From: an uncultured Candidatus Saccharibacteria bacterium
Lineage (GTDB): Bacteria; Patescibacteriota; Dojkabacteria; SC72
Reading direction: 5' to 3'
DNA length: 64,000 bases
Assembly (NCBI GenBank): GCA_964610125.1
Contig: CAZSUV010000001.1
Span: 383,877-447,876, forward strand
The notes beneath the pieces are model-generated. The model saw nothing but the letters and a program-made list of their open reading frames with translations, had not been told where the DNA came from and did not search any database. Of this stretch, positions 19,496 through 28,277 are shown one piece after another (the stretch's first letter is position 1; each line of letters opens with the position of its first letter). The translations under genes were made by a program, and so were the position numbers.

Positions 19496-20656
19496 CTACC
19501 CAATAATATACAGCTCCTCTTCAGCTCTTGTTACTGCGGTATACAACCATCTTCTCCAGTTATCATCACTCATCTGTGGGAATCTCTCTTCAAACAGTAT
19601 TACCCGCTTAGCTTGGCTACCTTGAGCCTTATGTACTGTTAAAGCATACCCAAAATCAAACAAATTCATATTCTCAGGTAAATATTGAGTATTGGTTTCA
19701 GCTTTTCCAAATTGGTCAAGACTTACAGGCCCTACAAACACTTCTTCTTCATCATCTAAAGCAATTTCAGCATCATAGAACTTGCCTACATGGTTCTTTG
19801 ATATGGAAAGTATCGTGCCTGTCATACCATTAAATATCCCCATACTAGGATTATTCTTTAAGCAGATTACTCGATCCCCATATTGTGGCTCAGGAGATTC
19901 AAACTCTAATAACTGCCTTATACCTTTATTCAAATCTACTCGTGTACGATTGTATCCTGTTAAGACCATGGTTTGGTCATCAAATGACTCTAGCTTGCCA
20001 GAAAGAAATTCCTGTGTATTTTCTCCATTCTTTGAAAGTTTTTTAACTGTATCTGAAAATTCTAATTGAGGAATATGTCCATATCTACGTGCAATTTCCG
20101 AAACTTTAATAATTGGATTATCTCTTTCTTGTCTGAATATCTCTTCCAGCTTAATATTTGGTCTCTCCATCAAATTGAAAGTCCCTTCTACCGGTGGAAG
20201 TTGTCCATGGTCACCAGAAGCGAGAATGGGGACGCCATAACTCAAAAGATCATCCCATATCTGTCTGGTAACCATTGAAGCTTCATCTACAATTATTAAA
20301 TCATATGTAAATTCTTCCTGAAGTTTCTTTTCCCAACCAATGATATTGTCTCTTTCATCACATATGGCTTTGTAAATAAGGCCATGGATAGTACCGATAT
20401 AGTCAGATTTGAATATGGATTTAGCATCTCTAAGCTTGTGTTGAAGTACTCTTGCAGCCTTACCTGTGTAACTACAGTATGCAATCTTAATATTCTTCTT
20501 CTCTTTGTGAAGATGTTGTCCAAGATATCCAAGCATGGTAGTTTTACCCGTACCAGCATACCCACCAAAGGTTAGATACTGTACAGGATGTTCCTTGTAC
20601 CATTGTAAGATGTCATCGATAATTGATTTTTGTTTTTCTGAGAATGCTATGTCCAC
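19496..20656 (-). CDS. RecD-like SF1 DNA helicase / AAA ATPase
   Basis: Walker A GGYAGTGKTT, Walker B IIVDEASMV, and a C-terminal LTVHKAQGSQ motif typical of RecD/TraA-like helicases. Confidence 0.65.
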   Translation of the reverse strand: MDIAFSEKQKSIIDDILQWYKEHPVQYLTFGGYAGTGKTTMLGYLGQHLHKEKKNIKIAYCSYTGKAARVLQHKLRDAKSIFKSDYIGTIHGLIYKAICDERDNIIGWEKKLQEEFTYDLIIVDEASMVTRQIWDDLLSYGVPILASGDHGQLPPVEGTFNLMERPNIKLEEIFRQERDNPIIKVSEIARRYGHIPQLEFSDTVKKLSKNGENTQEFLSGKLESFDDQTMVLTGYNRTRVDLNKGIRQLLEFESPEPQYGDRVICLKNNPSMGIFNGMTGTILSISKNHVGKFYDAEIALDDEEEVFVGPVSLDQFGKAETNTQYLPENMNLFDFGYALTVHKAQGSQAKRVILFEERFPQMSDDNWRRWLYTAVTRAEEELYIIG

Positions 20657-20692
20657 TTGAGATGTTAAGAGATAATTGGTAAATTAAAAGAC

Positions 20693-22153
20693 ATGTTAAA
20701 TGTATATAGTCTACTAAAAAAGCGCAAGTTTATACAAATTATCCTAGTATTAGGTTTGTTTTTAATAGCCCCAAGCTTTGTTAGAGCTCAGGAAACAACA
20801 ACCGTAGCTCCTGTACAAGAACTAAAAGCATTTACATATTTTACAGGTATTGGATGTCCCCACTGTGCGAAGATATCTCCTACAATACATAAAAGTGTTA
20901 ATTCCCAGAATGGTTTGTTAATGATTGAGTATGAGATATATCAGGAATCCTCCAATGCTAGAACCTTGTATAGCTACAATTCTAAGTATGGATATGAGTT
21001 AGCAATTCCATTGATTTTGTATGCTCCTAAGGACTTTAACCAAGGGGATACTCCAATTCTTGATAACTTTGATACTCAGATAACCAAGCTTCAAACAAAT
21101 ACAATTGAGCTATCAAACAAGACTGTAAGCTGGACTGATTTGAATTTGAATGATTTTGAGGGTAAGGTAAAATTGTTAACAAAGGATAGAATGGCGATGC
21201 AGAGTAATACTAAAGATTTGAACACTGAGCAGATGGTATTGATAAAGGAGTTTTTGGTTGCTAAAGATTTAGATACATATGTTCAAACTTTACAAGGAAC
21301 TAAAGTTAAGGACATGACTATTGAATATCCTGGAGGTAATGAAATATATACCCATGGCGTTAATATTGGATCATGGACCTTACTTTGGAGAGGAAATAGT
21401 GACGCACAGATAACTGATGGGAAGACCACGACTACAGACTCTAATATTACAAATTCAAGCAATATTTCTTGGGCAAAGATTTCAACGTTAGCGCTTACAG
21501 ATTCTATAAACCCATGCGCATTGTCTGTCCTTTTAATGATGCTAATAGCCATAGCTACATATCATCCTAAGGATAGAAAGCAGATATTGTGGGCGGGCTT
21601 GGCCTTCGTAGCAGCGGTATTTATCACATACTTCATATATGGTCTTCTAATAGTTAAAGCTTTTTCATTTGTGCAAGGTATTAGCAGTATTAAATTGTAT
21701 TTGTACAAGGGGCTAGGGGCAGGTGCAATTATTTTGGGCTTACTTGAGATTAAGGATTTCTTTTTCTACAAGCCTGGATCTATCGGTACTGAGATGCCTA
21801 TGATGTTTAGACCTAAGGTTCAACAGATTCTTGCTAAGGTTACTTCTCCTTTAGGTGCATTTGGATTGGGTATGTTTGTTACTTTATTCTTACTGCCTTG
21901 TACGATTGGCCCATACATTATATTGGGTGGTATGTTGTCATATGGTGAGTTTGCTGGTGCATTGCCATATCTTACTGTCTACAATCTGATATTTATCCTT
22001 CCTATGGTGGTTATAATCCTACTTGTATTCTTTGGATCTAAGAGTATTAAACAGGTTACGGAATGGAGGGAGAAGAATGTTAAGGTTATGCATTTGATAA
22101 TTGGAATAATATTTGTTCTCTTAGGTGTTTCTATGTTCTTTGGGTTGTTTTAA
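20693..22153 (+). CDS. Secreted thioredoxin-like domain (CPHC) fused to a CcdA/DsbD-type transmembrane thiol:disulfide electron-transfer domain
   Basis: Signal peptide (cleavage near VRA-QE). GIGCPHCAK thioredoxin motif. A C-terminal polytopic domain with conserved membrane-embedded Cys (SINPCALSV and LLPCTIGPY), as in CcdA/DsbD. Confidence 0.6.
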   Translation: MLNVYSLLKKRKFIQIILVLGLFLIAPSFVRAQETTTVAPVQELKAFTYFTGIGCPHCAKISPTIHKSVNSQNGLLMIEYEIYQESSNARTLYSYNSKYGYELAIPLILYAPKDFNQGDTPILDNFDTQITKLQTNTIELSNKTVSWTDLNLNDFEGKVKLLTKDRMAMQSNTKDLNTEQMVLIKEFLVAKDLDTYVQTLQGTKVKDMTIEYPGGNEIYTHGVNIGSWTLLWRGNSDAQITDGKTTTTDSNITNSSNISWAKISTLALTDSINPCALSVLLMMLIAIATYHPKDRKQILWAGLAFVAAVFITYFIYGLLIVKAFSFVQGISSIKLYLYKGLGAGAIILGLLEIKDFFFYKPGSIGTEMPMMFRPKVQQILAKVTSPLGAFGLGMFVTLFLLPCTIGPYIILGGMLSYGEFAGALPYLTVYNLIFILPMVVIILLVFFGSKSIKQVTEWREKNVKVMHLIIGIIFVLLGVSMFFGLF

Positions 22154-22338
22154 ATAACCAAGAATAGTTTCAATGGTTTGTTATATGAATTACCTATAAT
22201 AGGGATGATACTAACGATATGGGTATAAATACTAATGATTTATATCAATATTTATTAGTAATATAGTGATTTTGTATGGATATTTATCATGATATGTAAT
22301 ATATTCATGATTTCCGATTGTATCGGTGAGGCGGTCGA

Positions 22339-22404
22339 GAGGGAGGTTCAGATTGAAGAAATGTTATATGCCAAAAGGCAATATAGTATTATCTGAACCC
22401 CCTC
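22339..22404. terminator. Long-stem hairpin between convergent genes (candidate bidirectional terminator or structured RNA)
   Basis: GAGGGAGGTTCAGAT ... ATCTGAACCCCCTC forms a 14-bp stem with a 1-nt bulge. The 37-nt loop contains an inner TGCC-AAAA-GGCA hairpin. Confidence 0.35.
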
Positions 22405-22456
22405 TTAGGCCTATTGTTGAATTCAATATTCATGAGATTGTGGTTTATTTAGCAAG

Positions 22457-22774
22457 CTAAATTTTATGGAATAAAAAGAATTTTATATCCATTTTCCACA
22501 ATCTAAACTGTGTCGCTATCCTGTTGGGTAAGCTTAAATCTAAGCATGCGACACTACTTTCTGGTGTAGGTATGTACAATTTTGTCATAACACTACAGAC
22601 AGAGCCATCTCTTTTCTCATATGTCGATAATCCTGCAGGAAATTGTGTTGGGAGTTTTTCAGGCTCATCAGCAACAACAAATTGTGCAAAAATCATGGCG
22701 ACAAAGACTATGATTAAGATATGGGGTAACAAGGTTCTTGTTTTTGTTTTCATTGAAAGCTCTCCTCTTCCCAA
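22457..22774 (-). CDS. Hypothetical small secreted protein
   Basis: 105 aa with an N-terminal hydrophobic segment (LLPHILIIVFVAMIFAQFVVA) and two Cys. No recognisable family. Confidence 0.25.
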   Translation of the reverse strand: MGRGELSMKTKTRTLLPHILIIVFVAMIFAQFVVADEPEKLPTQFPAGLSTYEKRDGSVCSVMTKLYIPTPESSVACLDLSLPNRIATQFRLWKMDIKFFLFHKI

Positions 22775-22862
22775 AAGGGAATAAATAAATTTGTGTTTAT
22801 TCGTGTTATACGAATTAAAGCCTTAAAGCTGGAGACTTGAAAGTTATAAATCGTACAACACG

Positions 22863-22934
22863 GAGGAGAATGCAATAGGTCTTTTTAAAGAGCAGTATAA
22901 GCTATTTCTAACCTATAGTATATTATACCATATG
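22863..22934. repeat. Intergenic repeat, copy 2 (partner at 17986-18060)
   Basis: GGAGGAGAATGCAATAGGTCTTTTTAAAGAGCAGTATAAGCTATTTCTAACCTATAGTATATTATACCATATG. Lies 160 bp upstream of the first cassette gene. Confidence 0.6.
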
Positions 22935-23095
22935 CCCAATAAATTATACAATAATCATAAATTAAAATCGCGTTATTGATATGCGCTTACTAAAACATAG
23001 AGCAATACATTTATATAGGTACTGTATTTCTTTAAATAATTTAGTATATACTAAACATATCTAATCTGCCTAAATAGAAGACTATATAAATAGTT

Positions 23096-24271
23096 ATGTC
23101 TAAAAAGAAAAAATATATCTTACTATTATTAATAACCTTAGTACTTGCTGCTGTTACAGCTAGTATATACATATTTGTTAATTCGAAGATAAATGGTTCT
23201 ACTATATATACAGTAGATAAATATTCAGATGTTACGAATAGGTGTGATACAAATTTAAAGGATGGAAAGTTATCAGTAGATTGTAAAGCCTTATTAATCA
23301 ACATTGACTCAAATAGTTGCTTTGAAGTGCAGCTCATTACCAAGGACAAAGAATTAAAAGATTTAACTGTTTGTGAGAAGAATGATACTCTTTCATATAC
23401 CAATGATGTATTAGGATACAAAAAGCTAATGCCTGTAGATATGGTATTTACATATACTAAGGAAGGAATACTAAGAGATTACTCATTTAACAACGTTTCG
23501 TTTACTAAGGTAGAAGATACATATGTGCAGAGTATTGTTAATGAAGACATTGCGAACCTAGTAACTTTAGATCCCAAATCAACAGCAATTGAGAATAGTG
23601 TAGATTTTTGTCCAAGACCTGAAACATTGCCAAGTTATATTACAGAAGTGAATAGAACTGCATATACAGAATATTTCAACAAGAATATAATGGCTAAGGA
23701 AAAATATTTCGATGGATATATGTACAACTGGGATGATAGTACCATACGGATATTGTTTGCTTGTGATAGTGCTAAAAATATGGGGTATACAGATGTATGT
23801 AATACTCAAAGATCACAGAATGATAAGAAGCAATCTGTTATCTTCCATGATGTCGATTTTAGCAATAAATTATCTAACTCCAAACTTAATGCTCAAGATA
23901 AATTATTGAAAACCGTGTCTTTAATATACGATAGTATGCACAAGGATATAGGAAACAATATAGTAGATGTAGGTTTGCTCGGTGATATCGTGCAAGAAAT
24001 CAATGCAACAGAAAAATTACAAGAAGAAGTTCTTTGGGGAATTTATAAAATTTATTTGGATTTAACAACATTAAATACATCATATCAGCAAAAATCTTAT
24101 TTTATCGAATCAATACTTAAATCTCAAGGCGATATGTTAACTTACTGCCCTGATGGTGGAGAATCACAATATCATAACGAGATAGGGAAATATTTTAGAT
24201 GCTCAATTGAAAATCAAACTACAATTTATCGTAGATGCAATAATTTAAGAAATTTTATATCTAATGAATAA
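23096..24271 (+). CDS. Cassette gene A1: N-terminally membrane-anchored, Cys-containing extracytoplasmic protein (paralog of 27061-28275)
   Basis: 391 aa with a basic N-terminus then a TM helix (YILLLLITLVLAAVTASIYIFV). At least 8 Cys are conserved with the paralog (NRCD, VDCK, NSCFEVQ, LTVCEKN, VDFCPRPETLPSYITE, LFACDS...DVC). The last codons overlap the B1 start (ATGAATAAG). Confidence 0.7.
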   Translation: MSKKKKYILLLLITLVLAAVTASIYIFVNSKINGSTIYTVDKYSDVTNRCDTNLKDGKLSVDCKALLINIDSNSCFEVQLITKDKELKDLTVCEKNDTLSYTNDVLGYKKLMPVDMVFTYTKEGILRDYSFNNVSFTKVEDTYVQSIVNEDIANLVTLDPKSTAIENSVDFCPRPETLPSYITEVNRTAYTEYFNKNIMAKEKYFDGYMYNWDDSTIRILFACDSAKNMGYTDVCNTQRSQNDKKQSVIFHDVDFSNKLSNSKLNAQDKLLKTVSLIYDSMHKDIGNNIVDVGLLGDIVQEINATEKLQEEVLWGIYKIYLDLTTLNTSYQQKSYFIESILKSQGDMLTYCPDGGESQYHNEIGKYFRCSIENQTTIYRRCNNLRNFISNE

Positions 24272-27053
24272 GTTCATCCTATTACTGATTATCATTGCCA
24301 TTGTTACTTTCCTGCCGTTTAAATTAGAAGCTGCAGATTGCTCCAATGCTCGTGCGGGAGGAAGCGGGTTAACCTGTAGCGTTAGTGGTATACAAAGTTA
24401 CTGTGCCTCTGGAACAACTTTTTGTGATTGTGCACGGTATGGAACAGCACAACAGATTCACTGTACCCAAGGTGCATACTATTATGGACTTTGCGTATTT
24501 AGCTCAGGCCCAGAAGTTGCAAGCTGGGGATATTGCACACGGAATGTAGATGCTACATATCCTAACGGTGGAACATGTACTTGTTGTACTCCAATCTCTT
24601 GTTCCTGTACCCCCTCATGCCCAGCAGGCGCCTCTACAACATACTCAGGCCCTCTATGTGCTGCAGGAAACGCAAGTTGTTCTCAATCAAATTCCTGTTC
24701 CTCATGTACAAGTACTGGGAGCGCCTGCTACTATCCAGAAACCAACACCACCTTCATCCAATCTAACGGCTCAACTTCAGGCCCAACCTCTGTAAATATG
24801 GTTGTAGATGGTAAAACATATATCCTTTCTACAGACCCAAACAACCCAACCCATATCAAACTCCCAGCTTTAGGTTCTTCTAATGTACAGATAACCACAC
24901 CAACATTCACAGCCCCTGTAACCTCTAGAGGAGCCAATTACTACTACCAAGCCAATAACTATGGAAGTAGCAATGAATGGAAAACATGGACAACATGCTC
25001 AGGCATAGCAGGAGAAGACTTCTGTACTACAATGCCAAATTCAAACAATACTCAAAGCTTTGTACCAACATCTAAAACAGTAAACCAAGTATTAAAGGAA
25101 GGAGCTACTGGAGAAATATCCGCAATGTATGCCACTACAGACAAATGTAACAATACATACAAATATTCATTGCCTATCAAAGGTTACTACATTGTTGATA
25201 CCCTCCCAGATTCACAACCTAATGAAGGAGGCAGTGAAATAGTTAACCCCGAAGATCTTTTCTCAGACATAGGTTTGAATACTACAGCAAATGGTTGTTC
25301 TTCTTTAACATACTCTGGTGTAGAAGCTAACAACGAATTACATATAAAAGCGGACGTTACAGATATCGATGACCTGAACGAAATACAAGCTCTAACCCTT
25401 TGGTTTACAAAAGATACAAACGTTCCTACAACAGAAACAATCTCAGCCTCATATACAGGAAGTATAACTGAGGACCTTGGAATTATGATTAAAAAGAATG
25501 GAGGCGATTGGAGCAATCCAACTATATATGCTACAAATGCAAACCTAAGCTGGGGAGAAATATCACTAACTGATGGGAAAGGATATATAAATGTAGCAGG
25601 TTCTAACATTATCGAAATATATGATATATCAGTCACCCAGGATCTCAATGCAACCTTCGACTACAAGATAAAGTTTTTGAGAAACGCTTCAACCCTTTCT
25701 GGTATGTACAATGTCTACGGAGGCTCACTCGATACATACATGATTAATGGGAACATTATCGATCAAAGTTATTTTGTTAAATTTTTTGATTGGGGAGTAG
25801 ATCTTGAAAACCCTACAGTAGAAGATATAACTCAACAAATTAGAGACTCACAAAATACCTACATAATTTGGGGAAATGCCGATAGCATTAGTGGGATAGC
25901 ACAAACTGTCATTAACGCCTATAGATTGGGTGGAGTATCAACTGACCCAGAGGGGGTTAAATTATATCTTCCAGCCGCATATACAATATTGAAAGGCGCA
26001 ATAACGTTGGATCCTAATGCAAGTATTCCTGATACTATAAACATTGGTAGATACAATGATACAAACGCATGGGTATTTAGCAACAATACTGGAGAACAAG
26101 ATTTAATAAATATTGGAAATAACGAAAGTGGTCAAATCGCTTTATACATAACAGCATATGACAAAGCATGTAACATGAGCGGAAATAGCGCAGATATAGA
26201 TTTAAATCCATGGTTTGCATCAAGAGGGGCAACTGTATATTCTAAGGGCAATATCTCAACAACAACAAAAGATGTTTTAAATTTACCATCACTCAATGGA
26301 GTATTTAACCCAAAGACAGGAATGAACACAACTCTCATTGATCTTGGAAGTGAATTACTTGCGACAAGAAACATCTCTATCTCAAATATAATTCATCCCT
26401 CAAGTGGAGCAGTTTTAGCAACAGAAGTAGAGGATTCAAATAATACTAAAGGAAACTGGTACGCACATCTTCTTGAGAAATTTAATAGATACAAGTCCGA
26501 GCTAACACCATTTGCTAAAGTCGTAACGGACGATTCAGTGTCAGATAGTTGCACCGGTAAGAATTGCTATATGTATTCAATTGAAGACATTACAATTCCG
26601 CAGGGGTATACCTGTGACCGAAGTACATTATTCATTACAGAAGGAAATATACATATAAATCCTGATGTAAATAGTGATAACAATTTGTTAAGTGGTTGTA
26701 TATTTCTAGCAAAGAATAATATTTATATAGAAGCCGGAAGATTTAAATCAACAGGGACAAAAATCTTATATGATTATATAGAGGGTTATATGATTGCAGA
26801 TAATCAAATTATCTTTACAGTGGCAGATGAATCTCGCGCATTGAGAGATGGCGTTGAAATTTTCGGTGGAATGGTAGGGCTAGCAACAAGTGATAACAAA
26901 GGAATATTAATACAACGCAATCTAAGATTATATAGTCAAATAAATCCAACCGTAGTATTAACATATGACACAAAATACCCAAGCATCTCAACTATATTCT
27001 TTGGAACAGAATACAGTTTGTATAAACAAGAAGTTGGGTTCAAAACATTTTAA
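24264..27053 (+). CDS. Cassette gene B1: large secreted protein with an extremely Cys/Ser/Thr-rich N-terminal domain and an Asn/Thr-rich beta-rich body (paralog of 28278-31031)
   Basis: 929 aa with a cleavable signal peptide (FKLEA-ADCS). About 20 Cys in the first ~150 residues (TCTCCTPISCSCTPSCPAG...CSQSNSCSSCTSTGSACYYPETN). The body is conserved with the paralog (IDGKTY.LST.PNNPT, PTFTAP.TSRG, CSGIAGEDFCTT, KYSLPI.GYY..DTLP, LTYD.KY). The protein ends ...YKQEVGFKTF. Confidence 0.75.
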   Translation: MNKFILLLIIIAIVTFLPFKLEAADCSNARAGGSGLTCSVSGIQSYCASGTTFCDCARYGTAQQIHCTQGAYYYGLCVFSSGPEVASWGYCTRNVDATYPNGGTCTCCTPISCSCTPSCPAGASTTYSGPLCAAGNASCSQSNSCSSCTSTGSACYYPETNTTFIQSNGSTSGPTSVNMVVDGKTYILSTDPNNPTHIKLPALGSSNVQITTPTFTAPVTSRGANYYYQANNYGSSNEWKTWTTCSGIAGEDFCTTMPNSNNTQSFVPTSKTVNQVLKEGATGEISAMYATTDKCNNTYKYSLPIKGYYIVDTLPDSQPNEGGSEIVNPEDLFSDIGLNTTANGCSSLTYSGVEANNELHIKADVTDIDDLNEIQALTLWFTKDTNVPTTETISASYTGSITEDLGIMIKKNGGDWSNPTIYATNANLSWGEISLTDGKGYINVAGSNIIEIYDISVTQDLNATFDYKIKFLRNASTLSGMYNVYGGSLDTYMINGNIIDQSYFVKFFDWGVDLENPTVEDITQQIRDSQNTYIIWGNADSISGIAQTVINAYRLGGVSTDPEGVKLYLPAAYTILKGAITLDPNASIPDTINIGRYNDTNAWVFSNNTGEQDLINIGNNESGQIALYITAYDKACNMSGNSADIDLNPWFASRGATVYSKGNISTTTKDVLNLPSLNGVFNPKTGMNTTLIDLGSELLATRNISISNIIHPSSGAVLATEVEDSNNTKGNWYAHLLEKFNRYKSELTPFAKVVTDDSVSDSCTGKNCYMYSIEDITIPQGYTCDRSTLFITEGNIHINPDVNSDNNLLSGCIFLAKNNIYIEAGRFKSTGTKILYDYIEGYMIADNQIIFTVADESRALRDGVEIFGGMVGLATSDNKGILIQRNLRLYSQINPTVVLTYDTKYPSISTIFFGTEYSLYKQEVGFKTF

Positions 27054-27060
27054 ATAAATA

Positions 27061-28275
27061 ATGAGAAAAACTTCTACAAAAACAAAATACATATTAATGC
27101 TCCTATCCTTTCTTTTTATCGTTTCTTTAGGCACAGGGATATTTTTTTTGTTAAAACAAAAAACGTTGAAAATATTCGAGAAGAGGATTAATAGATATTC
27201 AGAGGTGTTTGATTGGTGTAACCATACTTTAAATGATAATAAATTAGATATTAATTGTTCTGGATTATTAAAAGATATTAAAGTCACAGAAAATAAAGAA
27301 ACATGCTTTGAAATACAGGTAATCGCCCAGGACAAGCAACTAAAGGATATGACTGTTTGTGAAAATGAAGATAATTATGTATATACCAACGATGTATTGG
27401 AGTTTAAAAGATTGATGCCAGTTAGTATAGTATTTGCTTATACAAATGAAGGGGTATTAGGTGAATATCAATTAAATAAAGTTTCATTCTCTAAAAAAGA
27501 TAATACGTATATACAGAACATTATCAATGAAGATATTGCGAATCTCGTTACAATAGATCTAAGTACCACAACGATACAAAATAGTGTAGATTTTTGTCCT
27601 CAATTAGAGACATTGCCAAGTTATATTACAGAGGCTAATAAAAATGCATATTCCGAATATCTCAATAAGAATACTCTTACGGAAGACAAATACATAGATC
27701 CTCTATTATATAGTTGGGATGATACTATCATACGGTTACTATACGCGTGTGATTCTTCAAAAAATATGGGATACAAAGGGGTATGCAGTGATAAAAAAAT
27801 TAACAATCTGTCTTTAATGTCAACTGAAATAAACCATATCTATGCTACTCCAGTTTGGAATAATACATTGAATAATAAAAACAAAATGCTTCTGAAGGAG
27901 ATTTCGCTTCTATATGACAATATGTATTCTATCAATATACCCAATAGCTTGGTAAATCTAAGTTTAATGAAAGACCTAGTTGATACTGTGAACACAGACT
28001 CAAACCTTAATGGGGAAATATTATGTGGAATATATAAGATTTATAGTGGACTAGCAACCCAAGATAGCAAATATATTTCTGATAGAAATACCCTCCGAGA
28101 TTTGTTTTCTTCAGACTTATCAAATACTTCGACATGCACAGATATTATTCCCGATCTTAATTTGAACAAAGATACAAATGGAATATATATAGAAAGATAT
28201 TACTCAAATCTCCAACCTGACCTATTAACAATATATTCAAGATGTCAAAACCTAACTAACATTGTATTATATTAA
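27061..28275 (+). CDS. Cassette gene A2: membrane-anchored Cys-containing protein (paralog of A1)
   Basis: 404 aa, alignable with A1 over its full length with the same N-terminal anchor and conserved Cys positions. Stop lies 2 nt before the B2 start. Confidence 0.7.
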   Translation: MRKTSTKTKYILMLLSFLFIVSLGTGIFFLLKQKTLKIFEKRINRYSEVFDWCNHTLNDNKLDINCSGLLKDIKVTENKETCFEIQVIAQDKQLKDMTVCENEDNYVYTNDVLEFKRLMPVSIVFAYTNEGVLGEYQLNKVSFSKKDNTYIQNIINEDIANLVTIDLSTTTIQNSVDFCPQLETLPSYITEANKNAYSEYLNKNTLTEDKYIDPLLYSWDDTIIRLLYACDSSKNMGYKGVCSDKKINNLSLMSTEINHIYATPVWNNTLNNKNKMLLKEISLLYDNMYSINIPNSLVNLSLMKDLVDTVNTDSNLNGEILCGIYKIYSGLATQDSKYISDRNTLRDLFSSDLSNTSTCTDIIPDLNLNKDTNGIYIERYYSNLQPDLLTIYSRCQNLTNIVLY

Positions 28276-28277
28276 GT

